NCBI GenBank assembly: GCA_017508605.1
Contig: JAFVYN010000034.1
Coordinates: forward strand, 47-64,046
Direction: 5' to 3'
DNA from: Clostridia bacterium
GTDB taxonomy: Bacteria; Bacillota; Clostridia; Oscillospirales; CAG-272
Length of the DNA: 64,000 nucleotides
Shown piece by piece: positions 61,944 to 64,000 of the stretch (positions are counted from its first letter, which is position 1; each line of letters starts with the position of its first letter). The translations under genes were made by a program, and so were the position numbers. A model generated the notes under the pieces. That model made no database searches, was not told the DNA's origin, and saw nothing but the letters and a program-made list of their open reading frames with translations.

Positions 61944-62285
61944 TTATTCGTCGATCTTTTCAAGCGTGATGTCGATACCAAGGAACTTGCACTTGATAGC
62001 ATCGTTTTCCTTGTCATAGGTCCAGCCGGAAGGAGCCTTTTCAGCATCTTCGCTGTCATCGTAAGTGACGAGGATTTCGTTGTTTTCACCCATCTCAAAG
62101 GTACCGGTTGTCGTCGTGCTGGCAACAAGGATCTTGAATGTAACAGAAACCTTATCGCCATCGAATTCAACGGTAACGGTTTCGCCACCGTACTTACCGC
62201 TGGGCTTGTTGCCGCAGGAGGTCAGGGTGAATACGAGAGTGAAGAGCATAACAACTACAAGAAGAGCAGAAATGATCTTTTTCAT
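61944..62285 (-). CDS. Small lipoprotein of unknown function
   Basis: Start at ATG 62285 (MKKIISALLVVVMLFTLVFTLTSC lipobox). The track start at 62303 adds 6 aa. Confidence 0.6.
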   Translation of the reverse strand: MKKIISALLVVVMLFTLVFTLTSCGNKPSGKYGGETVTVEFDGDKVSVTFKILVASTTTTGTFEMGENNEILVTYDDSEDAEKAPSGWTYDKENDAIKCKFLGIDITLEKIDE

Positions 62286-62432
62286 GATATGTATTCCTTT
62301 CAATGTCTTGGGGAGTCCCCATATTTCCTTTACAGTATATCACAAAAGCGTCAGATTGTCAACAACTAACCGTCAAAAAACTTTTTTTGACAAAAAAATT
62401 AAAAAAACTCTACAAAAAAATTCGCGAAACGC

Positions 62433-62461
62433 TTGACATTATCGAAAAACCGTTTTATAAT
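62433..62461 (+). promoter_or_regulatory. Consensus sigma-A promoter (TTGACA-17-TATAAT) of the T-box leader
   Basis: TTGACA at 62433-62438, a 17-nt spacer, then TATAAT at 62456-62461. Confidence 0.7.
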
Positions 62462-62467
62462 ACAGTA

Positions 62468-62729
62468 AACCGTTGAGTAAGAGATAACGGAATAAGACAG
62501 CACCCACAGAGAGTCGGCTACAGCTGAGAGGTCGGCGGCAAGCGCTTATTTCAATGGACTTACGAGGGTTCGGAGGAACGTGAGTATTCCGGAACGTGTT
62601 GGCACGTTACAGCCGTAGAATGTGATGGCATTCGATGAGTGGGCGGATTTCCGTCAAGCAAGGTGGTACCGCAGGAGTTTTTGGCTCTTGTCCCTGCAGA
62701 TTTCAGTATGGGGACAGGGGCGTTTTTTA
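62468..62729 (+). promoter_or_regulatory. T-box riboswitch leader, tryptophan specifier (UGG)
   Basis: Stem I carries the AGAGA/GCTGAGAG elements. The stem base GTAAG (62476-62480) pairs with CTTAC (62568-62572), and the specifier loop ends ..CAA-UGG-A just before CTTAC. The T-box sequence AAGGTGGTACCGCAGG lies at ~62660-62676. The terminator is GCTCTTGTCCC...GGGACAGGGGC followed by GTTTTTT (62684-62729). Confidence 0.85.
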
Positions 62730-62756
62730 TTGCCATCCCCAAGAAAGAGGTAAACG

Positions 62757-64000
62757 ATGAAACAGATCCCTTACAAAATTTATCTGAGCGAGGACGAGAT
62801 CCCGCACTATTGGTATAACGTACGTACCGAAATGAAGGAGGATATCGCTCCCCTTCTGCACCCCGAAACCAAAAAACCGATCACCCTTTCCGACCTTGAG
62901 CCGATCTTCTGTCATGAGCTTGCCAAGCAGGAAATGAACGCGACCGACGCCTATATCGAGATCCCCGAGGAAGTCAGAAACTTTTATAAAATGTACCGTC
63001 CCTCGCCCCTCGTTCGCGCGTACTGTCTTGAAAAAGCGCTCGGTACACCTGCCCATATCTATTACAAATACGAAGGCGGCAATACCTCGGGCAGCCATAA
63101 GCTGAATTCCGCGATCGCGCAGGCGTATTACGCCAAGGAACAGGGCATCAAGGCCCTCACCACCGAAACGGGCGCAGGTCAGTGGGGCACGGCACTCGCG
63201 ATGGCTTGCGGCTATTTCGGCATCGATCTGAAGGTCTTCATGGTCAAATGCTCCTGCGAGCAAAAGCCCTTCCGCCGCGGCGTCATTGAGACCTACGGCG
63301 CATCGGTCACGCCCTCGCCCTCAATGGAGACCGCTGTCGGCAGAAAGATCAATGAAATGTACCCCGGCAATACCGGTTCTCTCGGCACGGCGATCTCGGA
63401 GGCAGTTGAGGTCGCGACCACCACACCCAATACCCGCTATGCGCTCGGCTCGGTCATGAACCAGGTGCTTCTCCATCAGACCATCATCGGTCTTGAGGCG
63501 GGCAAGGCGTTTGAAAAGATCGGGGAATATCCCGATATCATCATCGGCTGCGCGGGCGGCGGCTCGAATCTCGGCGGCTTGATGGCACCCTTTATCTCTG
63601 ATAAGCTGAACGGCAGACGGAATCCCTATTTCATCGCCGTTGAACCCTCCTCCTGCCCCTCGATGACGCGCGGTAAGTTCGCCTACGATTTCTGCGATAC
63701 CGGACACGTGACCCCCCTTGCGAAGATGTATTCGCTCGGCAACGGTTATATTCCCTCCTCGAGCCACGCGGGCGGTCTTCGCTACCACGGTATGAACTCG
63801 GTACTCTCCCAGCTTTATCATGACGGCACTCTTGACGAAGCACGCTCGGTCAAGCAGACCGAGGTATTCGAGGCGGCGACCTATTTCGCTAAGGTCGAGG
63901 GCATCCTCCCCGCGCCCGAATCCTCCCACGCCATCCGCGTTGCCATCGACGAAGCCCTCAAGTGCAAAGAAACCGGCGAAGAAAAGGTCATCCTCTTTGG
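62757..64000 (+). CDS. trpB: TrpB2-type tryptophan synthase beta-chain-like PLP enzyme (partial, runs off the window)
   Basis: ATG at 62757 after AAGAAAGAGG. MKQIPYKIYLSEDEIPHYWYNVR... is followed by the PLP lysine context YKYEGGNTSGSHKLNSA and ..TETGAGQWG... The frame is open to the window end and is not in the ORF track because no stop is reached. Confidence 0.85.
   Translation, partial: MKQIPYKIYLSEDEIPHYWYNVRTEMKEDIAPLLHPETKKPITLSDLEPIFCHELAKQEMNATDAYIEIPEEVRNFYKMYRPSPLVRAYCLEKALGTPAHIYYKYEGGNTSGSHKLNSAIAQAYYAKEQGIKALTTETGAGQWGTALAMACGYFGIDLKVFMVKCSCEQKPFRRGVIETYGASVTPSPSMETAVGRKINEMYPGNTGSLGTAISEAVEVATTTPNTRYALGSVMNQVLLHQTIIGLEAGKAFEKIGEYPDIIIGCAGGGSNLGGLMAPFISDKLNGRRNPYFIAVEPSSCPSMTRGKFAYDFCDTGHVTPLAKMYSLGNGYIPSSSHAGGLRYHGMNSVLSQLYHDGTLDEARSVKQTEVFEAATYFAKVEGILPAPESSHAIRVAIDEALKCKETGEEKVILF

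Overview
The window looks like a high-GC, spore-forming Firmicutes/Clostridia-type chromosome. Supporting signs are a cotJABC operon, a Trp T-box leader, lipoprotein signal peptides, GGAGG-type RBSs and stem-loop/U-tract terminators. All functional calls come from reading the translated ORFs for motifs; no database search was run. Positions 1-6.7 kb are the distal part of a phage-derived late-gene block: scaffold, major capsid, adaptor-like protein, a 961-aa beta-propeller-like protein carrying a BspA-type LRR insert, a class-3-lipase-like protein and an XhlA-like protein. The block ends at a bidirectional terminator. Housekeeping genes include tex, topB, pncB, rlmA-like, ddl, cimA, prmC, recG, a THUMP methyltransferase and a T-box-controlled trpB2. 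Accessory loci lie between them. (1) A visibly AT-richer two-gene island (12.95-15.98 kb) encodes a secreted lipoprotein and a protein with cytoplasmic TIR, one TM helix and extracellular BspA-type LRRs, the spatial layout of a Toll-like receptor. I rate this the most interesting candidate. (2) A 729-aa protein has tandem TIR-like domains followed by Sel1/TPR repeats and its own promoter and terminator. (3) An HPr-kinase-like / PqqD / S24-peptidase cassette has no visible precursor. It is divergent from a DUF5685-like / J-domain 'cysteine-string' / two-small-membrane-protein operon. (4) An Opp-type ABC importer has an RCC1-like propeller inserted in a permease loop and a ~200-aa coiled-coil insert in one ATPase. 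(5) Two CobW-type GTPases sit in tandem, one with five 42-bp repeats encoding HHHHHEDGEECGCG. (6) A tail-anchored double-HTH protein with 42-bp proline-rich repeats lies immediately downstream of tex (26-nt gap, possibly co-transcribed). No rRNA, tRNA, CRISPR array, transposase or integrase was seen. Most long antisense ORFs in the track are shadow frames of high-GC genes.
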